A stretch of DNA of 64,000 bases. Source: a virus (taxonomy: Duplodnaviria; Caudoviricetes). Where the stretch lies: the IMG/VR virus record IMGVR_UViG_3300035208_004516, positions 1 through 64,000 of that record. One strand, written 5' to 3'. Shown here piece after piece: positions 22,903 through 34,045 of the stretch (its first letter is position 1; each line of letters begins with the position of its first letter). The position numbers and the translations under genes are program-made. The notes under the pieces were generated by a model. The model was not told the DNA's origin, ran no database searches, and was given only the letters and a program-made list of their open reading frames with translations.

Positions 22903-23915
22903 ATGACAGAATTAGATAATTTTTTTAGATATGATACTCCTTTAAATGATATCGATCAGGAGTATTTTATCTACCCAGGAAATCCAGTTACCCCTACTCA
23001 ACCAAATGAATTATCTAGTAGTAGTGCTGAGTCATTAAGTTCAAGCTCTAATGTAGAAATATCATCTAGTAGCTCTGTAGAAGTAGAACCTTTTTGGGAT
23101 GAAGGTACCTCCTTTCCTACTCCTTCATCAATATTTTTTGATTCTTCTACAGAATTTATTTATGGTACATGCACTGATACAATAATTAAAACTAAAATAA
23201 ATGGAGATGGGTTGATTACTTATGGTGGAATTGAATACTTCTATTACTGTACAGGAATATTTTTTGATTCTTCTACAGAATTTATTTATATATGTGATCG
23301 TGACAATTGTAGAATAGTAAAAACCAAAATAAATGGTATTGGTCGGACTGTATTCGGAAGTTATGGTTCTGGAGTTAATCAATTCAACGCCCATGCGCTA
23401 TTTTTTATGATTCTTCTACAGAATTTATTTATATATGTGATTGTGACAATCATAGAATAGTAAAAACCAAAATAAATGGAGATGGGTGGACTACATTCGG
23501 AAGTGAAGGTGGTGGAGTTAATCAATTCTATGATCCTTTAGGAATATTTTTTGATTCTTCTACAGAATTTATTTATGTTTCAGAAGCTACTGGAATAGTT
23601 AAAACTAAAATAAATGGAGATGGGTGGACTGCATTCAGAAGTTATGGTTCTGGAGTTAATCAATTCAATGAACCTTCAGGAATATTTTTTGATTCTAATA
23701 CAGAATTTATTTATATTGTAGACACGTATAATAACAGAGTAGTAAAAACTAAAATAAATGGTGATGGATGGACTACTTTGGGGAGTTATGGATCCGGAGT
23801 AAATCAATTCTCACACCCTCGTGGAATATCTTTTGATGTTATTAATAAATATTTATATGTTGCAGATGCGGAAAATCATAGAATAATAAAAACCAATATG
23901 TTAGATATTATGTAA
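22903..23915 (+). CDS. Second NHL-repeat protein, frameshifted near 23390
   Basis: 29 of the first 31 aa identical to 8967..10808; NHL repeats continue in another frame to TAA at 23913-23915. Confidence 0.85.
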
Positions 23916-23923
23916 CAAAAAAT

Positions 23924-23978
23924 TGTACAAAAAAATAAACCAGATTTCAATTAAGAATCTGGTTTATTTTTTTGTACA
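23924..23978. terminator. Bidirectional intrinsic terminator
   Basis: 23-bp perfect inverted repeat TGTACAAAAAAATAAACCAGATT between convergent genes. Confidence 0.85.
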
Positions 23979-24743
23979 TTAATTAAAATATATATTTCTT
24001 GGAAGATGACATCCAAGATCTATTGATTTTTTATTATCAAATTCTTCCTTGGTGATTTTTGTAAATACAATCTTATGCCAAAATTTTGACACAATAGACC
24101 GACAAAGGTCGCTGAATTTATCAGCTTCCTCATCACCATCTTCAGCGGCTTCATCAATTGAGGTAACAAACTCACCCCAATTCATTCCAGCCACCTCTGA
24201 TATTGCTGCTTCTATAGTGATGGCTCTTTGTAGGCGAGAATAATCATCTTCACCTACAAAGTGATGATTAAATTTACCCGACCGGGTATTATCATCTCTT
24301 CTCATTCCATCTCCCTCATAGACTTCTTCAACGAGGTCATCAAAATATTTCACTTCGAAGACATATCTAGGGAATTCAGGTGTTATTCTAAATTTTGGAG
24401 CAACTTGTAATTTTTCTTCAGATGATCCAATATAAAGAACTTCTTTCCAAAGAAATTTTGATCCCTCTGGAAGAGTTTTTGCTCCTTCAGGTAAACGGCC
24501 TCCCTGAAGTTGGGCAACCAAGAGAATATCACCAGAATTGAGTGTTATATTCTCTCTATTAAATTTTATCTCACATCCTGCGAATTGAGATAAAACTGCT
24601 GCTGTATCAGAGTGACCAATACAGCTTTTTGCATTATATACCCAACGTCGGATAACCTCTGGAGGTAGTTGTCCAAGATTTTTTATTTTGATTTCTCCCT
24701 CTCCGCACATTTGCAGAGAGAATGCATTTGATATGTATCTCAT
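23979..24743 (-). CDS. acrIII-1: AcrIII-1 (DUF1874 / STIV B116-like) cA4 ring nuclease fused to an unknown acidic C-terminal domain
   Basis: YISNAFSLQM, S.IGH.DTA, NR..I.L..GD, GRLPEG match the family motifs; about 145 extra C-terminal aa. Confidence 0.85.
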   Translation of the reverse strand: MRYISNAFSLQMCGEGEIKIKNLGQLPPEVIRRWVYNAKSCIGHSDTAAVLSQFAGCEIKFNRENITLNSGDILLVAQLQGGRLPEGAKTLPEGSKFLWKEVLYIGSSEEKLQVAPKFRITPEFPRYVFEVKYFDDLVEEVYEGDGMRRDDNTRSGKFNHHFVGEDDYSRLQRAITIEAAISEVAGMNWGEFVTSIDEAAEDGDEEADKFSDLCRSIVSKFWHKIVFTKITKEEFDNKKSIDLGCHLPRNIYFN

Positions 24744-24763
24744 ATATTTTCTCCTTATTTATT

Positions 24764-25315
24764 TTATTGCCAACTTCCAATTACATTTTTATTTCCTGCT
24801 CCTTTAGAAGCATCAAATTTAGAATAATTATCAGGCCCACAGGAATATATAACACTATAATCATTATTTAGAGCCTTTGAAGCATCCTCATTTGCAGCAA
24901 TAGTTCCATCTACAATAACATCTCCTGTTTTCAATATCGGAAACTGATAACCATATGGATTACCCCAGGGATCAAGCAACTTACCTTCATTATTAACTTG
25001 GCAATTTTTAAATTCAAAATACGGGCCAAATACTGGATTATCTCCAGTTGGATCACTGGTTCCATAAACTTCATTTTTTGTTAAAGGTTTCCCTAATTCA
25101 TCTTCTTTAATAGTTTTAGGAAAATGGCCAACGTCTCCATAAAATGAATTAACAGCATTTTGTAGATTCATTACTTCAATTCTTGCTCTAGTTATTTTTG
25201 ATTTTTCCACAGCAACATGAATCCCTACTGTTACAATGCCTATTAATAGTGCTATAATAGCCATAACAACCAATAATTCAATTAACGTAAAAGCTTTCTT
25301 TATGTTCATATACAA
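24764..25315 (-). CDS. Type IV pilin / T2SS GspG-like pseudopilin
   Basis: KKA|FTLIELLVVMAIIALL prepilin site with E+5; DPWGNPY; YSCGPD. Confidence 0.9.
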   Translation of the reverse strand: MYMNIKKAFTLIELLVVMAIIALLIGIVTVGIHVAVEKSKITRARIEVMNLQNAVNSFYGDVGHFPKTIKEDELGKPLTKNEVYGTSDPTGDNPVFGPYFEFKNCQVNNEGKLLDPWGNPYGYQFPILKTGDVIVDGTIAANEDASKALNNDYSVIYSCGPDNYSKFDASKGAGNKNVIGSWQ

Positions 25316-25324
25316 TCTCCTTTG

Positions 25325-25849
25325 TTATTGCCAACTACCAATATCATCTTTTATTGAACTTTCTATGTTTTTCTTACCATCTGGCCCCATAGAATAAATA
25401 ACAGGCCACCCATTATTTGCAGCATGCCAAGCTAAAGAATTAGCTTCTAAATTTGAAGTATCTTCTGGCATGTTATAAATATATGGATTTCCCCAAGGAT
25501 CAATTAATTTATCACCTTTCAAATTATGAGATTTAAATTGAAGATATGGGCCATATTCCGGATCTGTGTTTAATTTTTCAGGATGTGTAGATATATTTTT
25601 ATAAACATCATATTGTGATATTTTTTTTCCAAGAATATCTTCTGTTATATCTAAAGGATATCTTGTTGTATCAGAATAAAATTTTTTCACAGCATTATGA
25701 ATTGCATTCAGATCAGATCGAGCATTTGATATTCTTACTTTTTTCATTAAAACTGTTGCTCCATAAAAAGTCATCCCAATTAAAGCTATCATAATTGATA
25801 TAACAACCATCAGTTCTATTAAGGTAAAAGCTCTCTTAATTTTTTTCAT
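25325..25849 (-). CDS. Type IV pilin / T2SS GspG-like pseudopilin (paralog)
   Basis: KRA|FTLIELMVVISI; DPWGNPY; YSMGPDG; DDIGSW. Confidence 0.9.
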   Translation of the reverse strand: MKKIKRAFTLIELMVVISIMIALIGMTFYGATVLMKKVRISNARSDLNAIHNAVKKFYSDTTRYPLDITEDILGKKISQYDVYKNISTHPEKLNTDPEYGPYLQFKSHNLKGDKLIDPWGNPYIYNMPEDTSNLEANSLAWHAANNGWPVIYSMGPDGKKNIESSIKDDIGSWQ

Positions 25850-27895
25850 ATATTATCTCCTTTTTTGACGGATTACTCCGTCTGTTTTTATTTTTGCCAA
25901 CCCTAAATGTCTGGCAGTTATAATTATAGTTTAGACAGAATTTGAAATATTTTCAATATCCATTCTAATTAGTTGAAATTTTTTCATTAAGTTTGATACA
26001 TTTTTCCAATATTTCTTTTTAATAAAGAATTCTAACTTATCTTTAAAATATGGAGAAAAATGTTTAATTCCATACTTGTGTTTTCCCCATATAATTTCTA
26101 AAAAATTATATGAATAATCATAAGAAGATATTTTAAAATCCATATAATTATTATCCTTTCTGTAGTATATTTCTTAGAAACTCAGTAGAACTTTTATTGA
26201 TTCTATTTTTCAATTTAATATATTTAGAAAATATTACTGTTGAAATATAACAAATAAAAGTCAATGATGATGAAATAGCTATTGTTGTTAAAATATAAGA
26301 CATTCCAAGAACGAAATATATTTCACTTAAAAGTATTAATACAATCGAACCAATCAATACTATAAATACAAATACTAAAATTGTTTTCATATTTCTCCTT
26401 TTTTTCTTATTCTGTTAGACATTTATCTATTGCAGATATAACGAGTCACCATTATATCTGCTGATTATAAACATTAATTATTTTTTCATTTTCTTATTTG
26501 GATTCCTTTCTTGTTTAAATTTTAAAAATTACTATATTTTTAAAAACATCTAAAATAACAACCATTGTGGGAAATTTCTAATAACAGTGAATCTTGCCAT
26601 TTTAAATTGATAATTTTTTCTTCGATCTTTCTTTCGATTTTTGAATTATCAATAATGTGTTCAAAATTTCCCCCTATTATAGTTTTAAGTTCTTTTCTTA
26701 ATTCGTCATCTTGTAATTCCATAAGTTCTTTTGTTTTTTCTATCATAGTTTTACTCATAATATAATTTCCTTTATTTTATAAGTAAAAAATGGTGACTAT
26801 TTAAAAATATAAACAGTCACCGAAAATTTATGTACTACATATGACATCCTTTCTGTTATATATCAGTACAATACTTCTCCTAATTCAAATAGAAATATAT
26901 ATAGTGATTTAAATCTATTCAAAGTGATAAATAGAACAAATATAAAAAGGAATGAAACGATATGTCTATTAAAAAAGAAGTTAAATATTTAAATGAAATT
27001 TTACAAAAGAATTCCATGACACCGTTGAGTGAACAAACAATTCATGAATTGATTATTAATAAAAAAAAATTACCTAAACAAATACAAGAAGGTATTAGAA
27101 AAACAATATCTAGTATATTGGGAATTCCTGTTCTTGGATTAGTAGGGTGGGTATGGTACAGACTTATTAGAGCAACAATGGATCAAGCTACAAGAAAATG
27201 CGGAATACTAGGAATTAACACTACACGTAGACAAAATTGTATGTCATTAGCTAAAATTGAAAGTTTAGAAAACTCTAAAAATTTTATTAATTCATCACAA
27301 CTTGCTTCTGAAAAAAAGAAAAAAATATTAAATAAAATTAATATGAAAATAGAAAAATTAAGAGAAAAAATATTACATAATAACCCAACAAAAATCTCAA
27401 CTCCGTCACCATCAACGAATATGATGTAAATAATGAAAAATAAAAACATGTATGCTAAAAATGAAATTATATATTAAACCTGAAAAAGAAATATATTTAA
27501 AAATTCAACAATTTTTAAAAAATTAACTATATTGTAAAAGATCTTCATAATAGGAATTTGAAATGTTATATAAAGGATTTGTTATTAAGTTTATTTATGA
27601 CGATATAAATGACTACATAGTTTATGAACATGGTATGCAAGAAATAATCTTCAGAACTGGTGATATAGACCAGTGTAAAAATTACATTGATAATATAATA
27701 AAGGAGCATAAATAAAAGTATGTAATCATAGTAACGGGGGGGGTATATGTTTCAGTGAAATATGAATTCTGCAAGATTGAAGAAAAATTATTAGAAGCAA
27801 AAGAAAAAATAAGAGAATTAGAAAAGGAATTATCATCTACTAATTAAACTGTTACTCTCAAACTAGAACTCGAATATATTAAAAGGAAGTTAAAT

Positions 27896-28255
27896 ATGGA
27901 TATAAGATATAAAACAGATATCGTTGATTATGTTGCTAAAACTACTAAATATGGACACAGAGAAGTAAACTATGTAATCACTAATGCTCTTAATTATATA
28001 GCTAATTCATTAAGTGATGGATACTCAGTACAAATATTAGCATTTGGTGCTTTTTGTTTAGAATCTAGAAAACCAAGAATCGGAAGAAAATTTAATGAGC
28101 CTGGTAAACAAGTAGTGATTCCTGCTCAATATATTATACAATTTAAACCATGTGCTGCGTTGAAAACTAGAGTGATTAAAAATCTTGGAACCCCTACTCA
28201 ATTTAAATGCTTTGATAAAAAATTAGGATATATAAAAAAAATAAAAGCATTATAA
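27896..28255 (+). CDS. HU/IHF-family DNA-binding protein
   Basis: VQI.AFGAF...RKPRIGR...PG.Q..IPA...FKP...LK. Confidence 0.85.
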   Translation: MDIRYKTDIVDYVAKTTKYGHREVNYVITNALNYIANSLSDGYSVQILAFGAFCLESRKPRIGRKFNEPGKQVVIPAQYIIQFKPCAALKTRVIKNLGTPTQFKCFDKKLGYIKKIKAL

Positions 28256-28589
28256 AAGGAATTTACAAGTGACTAAAAACAAAAAAATTAAAATTTTAGC
28301 AGATTGGCTTAAAATAGAAATTATCACTACTGATGTAGATATTGAAGCTAGATCATATTATACATTTATATGGAATCCTTTTAAACATTCTGGTGATTCA
28401 AAAAGACTTTTAAACAAATTAGTTAAATTGAAATTTCAATATGATATTCAACTTAGACTCAATCCTAAAAGATACTATTTTAAAATGTGGAATGATAAAA
28501 AACAATATGTAATTTTTGATGCTAAGAATGAAAATATTGCTATTAGTGAAGCTTGTTTGAGATTAATTGAAGATAAAGGAAAATAATTT

Positions 28590-29672
28590 ATGTCGAGACA
28601 ATTAGCAACCATACAAAAAATTTCTTCTTTACAACCCATAATTGGAGCTGATAAAATTGAAAAAGTAACAATTCTTGGGTGGGAAGTTGTTGTAAAAAAA
28701 GATAGTTTTAAATTAAATGAATTATGTGTCTATTGTGAGATTGATTCAATACTTCCGGATAAACCAGAATTTGAATTTTTAAAAGAACGTAAATTCAGAA
28801 TAAAAACTATAAAATTGAAAAAACAAATATCACAAGGAATTTGTTTTCCTTTATCAATTTTACCAAGCAATAAAAAATATAAAGAGAATGATGATGTATC
28901 AGATATTTTAGAAATTAAAAAATATGATCCTCAATTAGAAACAGAAGAATCAGAAAATTCTAAATTTTCCACTAATAGATTTATTAAGTTTTTTTATAGA
29001 TTTTCATGGTTCAGAAAATTAATTTGTCCTAAAAAATTATCATGGCCTCAATTTATTAGAAAAACAAATGAAACTAGAATTCAACAATTTTGTGATATTT
29101 GTAATACAGAAAAAGATACCATTTTAGAAGTTACAGAGAAATTAGATGGACAATCCGCAACCTATTTTCTTATTAGAAATAAGAAAAGTTTTCTATTCGG
29201 AAATAGATATACATTCGGAGTATGCTCAAGAAATATATATTTAAAGAAACCAAATAATAGTTCTTATTGGGAAATCTCCAATGAATTAAAAATAGAAAGA
29301 AAATTAAAATTCTTTTTAGATCAGCATAATGATTTAAATTATGTTGTTTTACAAGGAGAAATTCTAGGGAAAAAAATACAAGGGAATAAATATAATATTG
29401 AAAATTATAAATTGTATTTATTTAATGCATTTACTGATAAAGATAATAATATAAAAAATCTTATTTGTTCGTTATTTAATTTAGAATCTGTTCCTTTATT
29501 AGATGGACAATTTAAATTAAAAGAAAATATTCCAGCGATGGTTGAATATAGCAAAGGAAAATCTAAAATTAATAATAAAATTCGTCGTGAAGGAATAGTG
29601 TTAAGAAATTATGAAAAAGGTTTAAGTTTGAAAGTAATCAATCCAGAATTTTTGTTAGAATATGATGAATAA
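28590..29672 (+). CDS. ATP-dependent RNA ligase, DRB0094/Rnl5 type
   Basis: N-terminal RQLATIQ..I.GADKIE..GW.VVV, YCEIDS, TEKLDG, QGE, REG, LKVI. Confidence 0.9.
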   Translation: MSRQLATIQKISSLQPIIGADKIEKVTILGWEVVVKKDSFKLNELCVYCEIDSILPDKPEFEFLKERKFRIKTIKLKKQISQGICFPLSILPSNKKYKENDDVSDILEIKKYDPQLETEESENSKFSTNRFIKFFYRFSWFRKLICPKKLSWPQFIRKTNETRIQQFCDICNTEKDTILEVTEKLDGQSATYFLIRNKKSFLFGNRYTFGVCSRNIYLKKPNNSSYWEISNELKIERKLKFFLDQHNDLNYVVLQGEILGKKIQGNKYNIENYKLYLFNAFTDKDNNIKNLICSLFNLESVPLLDGQFKLKENIPAMVEYSKGKSKINNKIRREGIVLRNYEKGLSLKVINPEFLLEYDE

Positions 29673-29830
29673 ATCAAGTAGAGATTTGATATGGAAAATA
29701 TCAGATAATTTGAGAAGTATTTCTTTAGATTCAACCGATCAAAAATTATACTACTCTATTATTAAATTGAGAATACAAAAAAATATATTAATTGATTTAG
29801 TGCAAAAATTAGAAACAGAGGAATCTTCCA

Positions 29831-30004
29831 ATGTGGATTCATGTATTTCCAGTTAATGATAAATATGAACATTCAACAGGAGATGATTATATATGCAATT
29901 GTAATCCATCAGTCGATTGGGAAAATAATATAGTTAGTCATAATGCGTATGATTTTAGAGATATAGAAGAATTTGTAAATGAAAATTATAGTAAAGGAAA
30001 TTAA
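29831..30004 (+). CDS. Small Cys/His protein missing from the ORF track (57 aa)
   Basis: MWIHVFPVND..H...CNCNP...HNAYD with GAGG upstream. Confidence 0.55.
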   Translation: MWIHVFPVNDKYEHSTGDDYICNCNPSVDWENNIVSHNAYDFRDIEEFVNENYSKGN

Positions 30005-30294
30005 AAAATGAGAAGATATAATTATATATGCATTGATAATAATATTTTAAAAATTAAAGTTCCAAAAGGTAAAAATGTTTTTGTTAAAGATGTTAAACGA
30101 TGGGCAAAAAAATAATAGATAACTCATATAAATATGAAAGTGATAGAGAATCTTATTTTTATCTTAAACATGAACTATTAAACTTATTCAAATGAATCAA
30201 ATTCCGAACTTATTAATAACAATAAATAATCTCAATAAAACTCTTGCTGATTTAAAAAGTAAACTTGTATTATTAAAAAGAAAGAAATTAGAAA

Positions 30295-30697
30295 ATGGAA
30301 TTAATAGACAAAATACAGAATCTAGAAAATGAAATAACAATTCTTAAAAAAAATAATTGAAAAATTTCCTGATGCTCAAATTGTAACTGATAGATGAACA
30401 AGATCATTATATACTTCTGAAACAGCAAATAAACATTGTGATAAAGTAGACTTTATGCATTCTTGTGGATGTTGATTGGATTCTACTTTATATGCAATGC
30501 CATATTTACTTTGTAATGATTGTAAAATTTATTGTTTTCCACATCAAATTCCGATTGGATTTAGAAGTGAACATGAGAAAAAACCAAGTGATGATTATAA
30601 AGATTTTTTGAAACGATTTCAAATATCAAATACTATTATAGACCAAGTTGATAAATATTTTGAAGATAACAAAGAAATGAAATATGAGGAACAATGA
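30295..30697 (+). pseudogene. Disrupted hypothetical gene (one poly-A indel and two in-frame TGA)
   Basis: After correcting the A8 run near 30350, the frame reads KFPDAQIVTDR*TRS...HSCGC*LDSTLYAMPY into ORF 30476..30697. Confidence 0.55.
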
Positions 30698-32764
30698 AAT
30701 CAATAATAATTAAAGATAGAGTAAATGGTCAAGTTTTGTTTCACATAAAAGAATTAAAGAATAAAAAATATAGTATTAAAGTATTAAAAATGTTAAACGA
30801 TAAAGTAGATTTTTTTATTAGAGATGAAAATAATAGGAAAGTTAATTTAGTCAGTAAGAGATCATAACTCAATATATTCAAGGAATTTTTATTTAGAAAT
30901 AAATAAAAGCTAAAGTCTGAGTATGTATAGTTCGAATATAAATATTGTTGATTGGAAGTGGGTACACTGCAGTATCTAATTGACATATTAATTAAAGCGA
31001 TGAATGATATATATTATATTTCAATTCATTATTGATTACTGACTATATTTTTAAGGAGGTTATAAATGATGTATTTAAATCAATCAGAAATTGATAAATT
31101 AGCAAAATGGTGCAATAAGACATTGATTGATAAAATTTATTGTTTTGATTCATCTACAAAAACAGGTTATTTAAGAGAGTGGAGACCTGATGAAAATGCT
31201 CAGGATTGTGGAGATTTGATAAAACAATTAAATAATGATAATTGTTATCATAAAATAGAATACAATTCAAGAATAAAAAAATACATGTTGCATTTTAAAA
31301 ATAAGGCAATTAAAAAATCATACTCTTATGCCTCTCTTTTATTAGGGATAAGTAAAGCATGTTTAACTATAATGAAAAAGACAAATATATGAGACCGACA
31401 GATAATCAAATAATAGCATTAATATGTATTATAACTATTCTGCTAATGGGCGGATTAGGTATATATGAATTACCTATAAAAATAAAATTAATATTAACCA
31501 CTCATATACATAATGAAAAATAAATACAAATATTACAAATTGAAATCCCATTCTCCTGGAATTGGATCCACTTGTGAGACAAAATGTGAATTTGATAAAA
31601 ATATTTACATAGGTAGTTATTCGTGTATTACTTGTCCAAATAATATAAAACATGAATTGAAACATCAAAGAATAATATGGAGAAATAATATGAAATATAT
31701 TTGGTCAAAAAATGATAAAAAATTTGAAGAGTTTGTTGATTGTGAATATATATATCCTTTGAACATTGATGGAGAAGAAGTAATTAATAACTATAAAAAT
31801 TTAATAAATGAATTATATTTATTTTATGAAAAAGGAGTTAATTATGAAACTAAAAGAAATGACTGATGGCCAACTGGAAGAAATTGCTGGGCTTGTAGAT
31901 AATGAAGGATTTTACTATTTATTTGCTCATCATGGTGGAATGAATTTAGATGATATATTAGAAAGTAAAGACGATATAACAAATATAGAAAATGCAATTA
32001 AAATTTTACGAGAATTTGAAAGTAGTTTGCCAGAACTATGAAAAAATAAAAACCATCTTATATAAAATAGAATTAGCAATAGTAGTAGGACTTTGGGCAT
32101 ATATAAATCATGAAATGATAAATATAAATACTTTAAAAATACTTACTGATTTTCTTGTTTTGATTCTCAAAGTGTCAACAGAAAATAAACATCTTATAAC
32201 ACATATAGGGTGCTTAGATCCACAAACTGATCAAAAACAACAAATTGTTTCTGTATGGGCTGGAGCAGGAATATCTGCAAATCCTATCCAAAGAATTGAA
32301 GAATTAATTAACGAAAATAAAATATTAAGAAGTAAATTGATAACTAAAAATTTTTAACTATCAAATATTGATTATATAGTATTTAGTTTACCCACTTTAA
32401 TAGTATAAAAGTGTAAATACTTCAACATATTGTTGATTGATAGTTAATTTTTTAAATGAGGAAAATTTATGATTGAGATAAAAGAACCACTTATAAGAAT
32501 AATTGAAGAAGGGTTTGAACATACTTGTTGTAAAAAATGCGGAAGTACTCAACGAAGAAGATTTTATTTTTTTGGAAAAATAATTGGATGCATTCAACCA
32601 GAATGTGAAAATTATTACGACAAACGTGTTACAATTCGTTCTATATTATTCCGTTGTCGTAGCAGGCTTCAACATTTTTTAAATAAAATGAATAGTTCTA
32701 ATATTGCAGATGATATTCAATTAAATTCTGCAATAAACGACGATATTGATAAAATTGTAAAAAA

Positions 32765-33010
32765 ATGGATGAGAAAATGATATATACTGATGGAATACAT
32801 ATTATTTCAGATACATCTATTGATGAACTTCATATATTTGCTGAAAAAATATCATTCAAATTAGAGTGGTTTCAAAATAACAACCGACATCCGCATTATG
32901 ATATTACAACTTCTAAAGCTAAAAATAGAGTTATAAAAGCAGGAGCAATATTGATATCATCAAAAAAACTTTTAAAAATAATACATAATAATTTAATTAA
33001 AGGACAATAA
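32765..33010 (+). CDS. DUF4031-family protein
   Basis: H..SDT..DELH.FA..I....WFQ....PHYDIT. Confidence 0.75.
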   Translation: MDEKMIYTDGIHIISDTSIDELHIFAEKISFKLEWFQNNNRHPHYDITTSKAKNRVIKAGAILISSKKLLKIIHNNLIKGQ

Positions 33011-33334
33011 AACATGTTAGTTTTAATAACATTTGAACTATTATCCGAATTGCAAATTGACCTTGCTATTGATGGTAAAGATGCTAAAAAAATTCAATCA
33101 ATTGAGTTGGATTTTGAAAAATCAGAATTGGATTCAATTAAAAAATTTTTATCCGTTAATGAGAATGGTCATTTATCAATTAATTTTCTTAACAATGAAT
33201 CATATATAACTCAAGATAAGTATGGTCATCGAACAGCATGGAGTTCATCTGATTTCTTTGTAGAAAATTGCACTATTGAAAAATTGAAACAATCTATCTT
33301 AGAATTAAAAATAAAATGGATCAATTATTAAATT

Positions 33335-34045
33335 ATGATAAATATTAAGCATCCACTCAGAAATATCAATTTAATATTCAATCCTAATAATCATAAATAT
33401 ACAGACAATTTTGATAGATCATATACATCTATTAGTGGATGGGTTCATAACTACTTTGAAAAATTTGATTCTGATAAAATAGCAACTAAATGTGCATTAA
33501 AAAGAAATGTCACAAAGGAATCTCTTTTAACTGAATGGAAAAAGGCTGGAGATGATGCAGCACTTCAAGGGGATGTAGTTCATAATATGTTAGCATCTAA
33601 ATTTAATAATATTGATTTTGAAATAAATAATACCAATGAACATATTGTTGAAAAATATAAAAAACAAGTTGATATAATATATGAAAATATATCTAAAAAA
33701 CTAGTCCCAGTATATATAGAGCAAATAATATTTAACCCAGATACTATGATAGCTGGAACATGTGATGCTTTATTTATAACTAAAGAATTAGATAAATATG
33801 TGTTGATAGATTGGAAAACTCCCAAGAAAATTGATATGTTTAGTATTTATAAAAAATATGGATTTCCTCCTTTTCAAAAATTGATGGATTGTAATTATAA
33901 TCATTTCTGTTTACAATTATCAATGTATAATTCTATTTTGAAAAGTCAAGGGTATTTAAAATATGATATTCCTGTACTTCAAAGAATAGTTCATATTTTA
34001 TCAGATAAATCAATTTCTATTAATGCTGTAAAATTTAATGTTTAA
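33335..34045 (+). CDS. PD-(D/E)XK exonuclease (Cas4/lambda-exo-like)
   Basis: H.Y....Y.S.S, GD.VH, E...IAGTCD, IDWKT, LQLSMY. Confidence 0.85.
   Translation: MINIKHPLRNINLIFNPNNHKYTDNFDRSYTSISGWVHNYFEKFDSDKIATKCALKRNVTKESLLTEWKKAGDDAALQGDVVHNMLASKFNNIDFEINNTNEHIVEKYKKQVDIIYENISKKLVPVYIEQIIFNPDTMIAGTCDALFITKELDKYVLIDWKTPKKIDMFSIYKKYGFPPFQKLMDCNYNHFCLQLSMYNSILKSQGYLKYDIPVLQRIVHILSDKSISINAVKFNV

Noticed and set aside
8967-23915. Diversity-generating retroelement TR/VR pair among the NHL repeats
   Set aside because: No reverse transcriptase in the window; mismatches are not confined to adenines of one copy; all copies are coding blades
27726-27733. G8 tract as a phase-variation switch
   Set aside because: No clear intact ORF or promoter depends on it
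33335-34045. cas4 of a CRISPR adaptation module
   Set aside because: Lacks the four-Cys Fe-S pattern, and there is no cas1/cas2; ordinary phage PD-(D/E)XK nuclease
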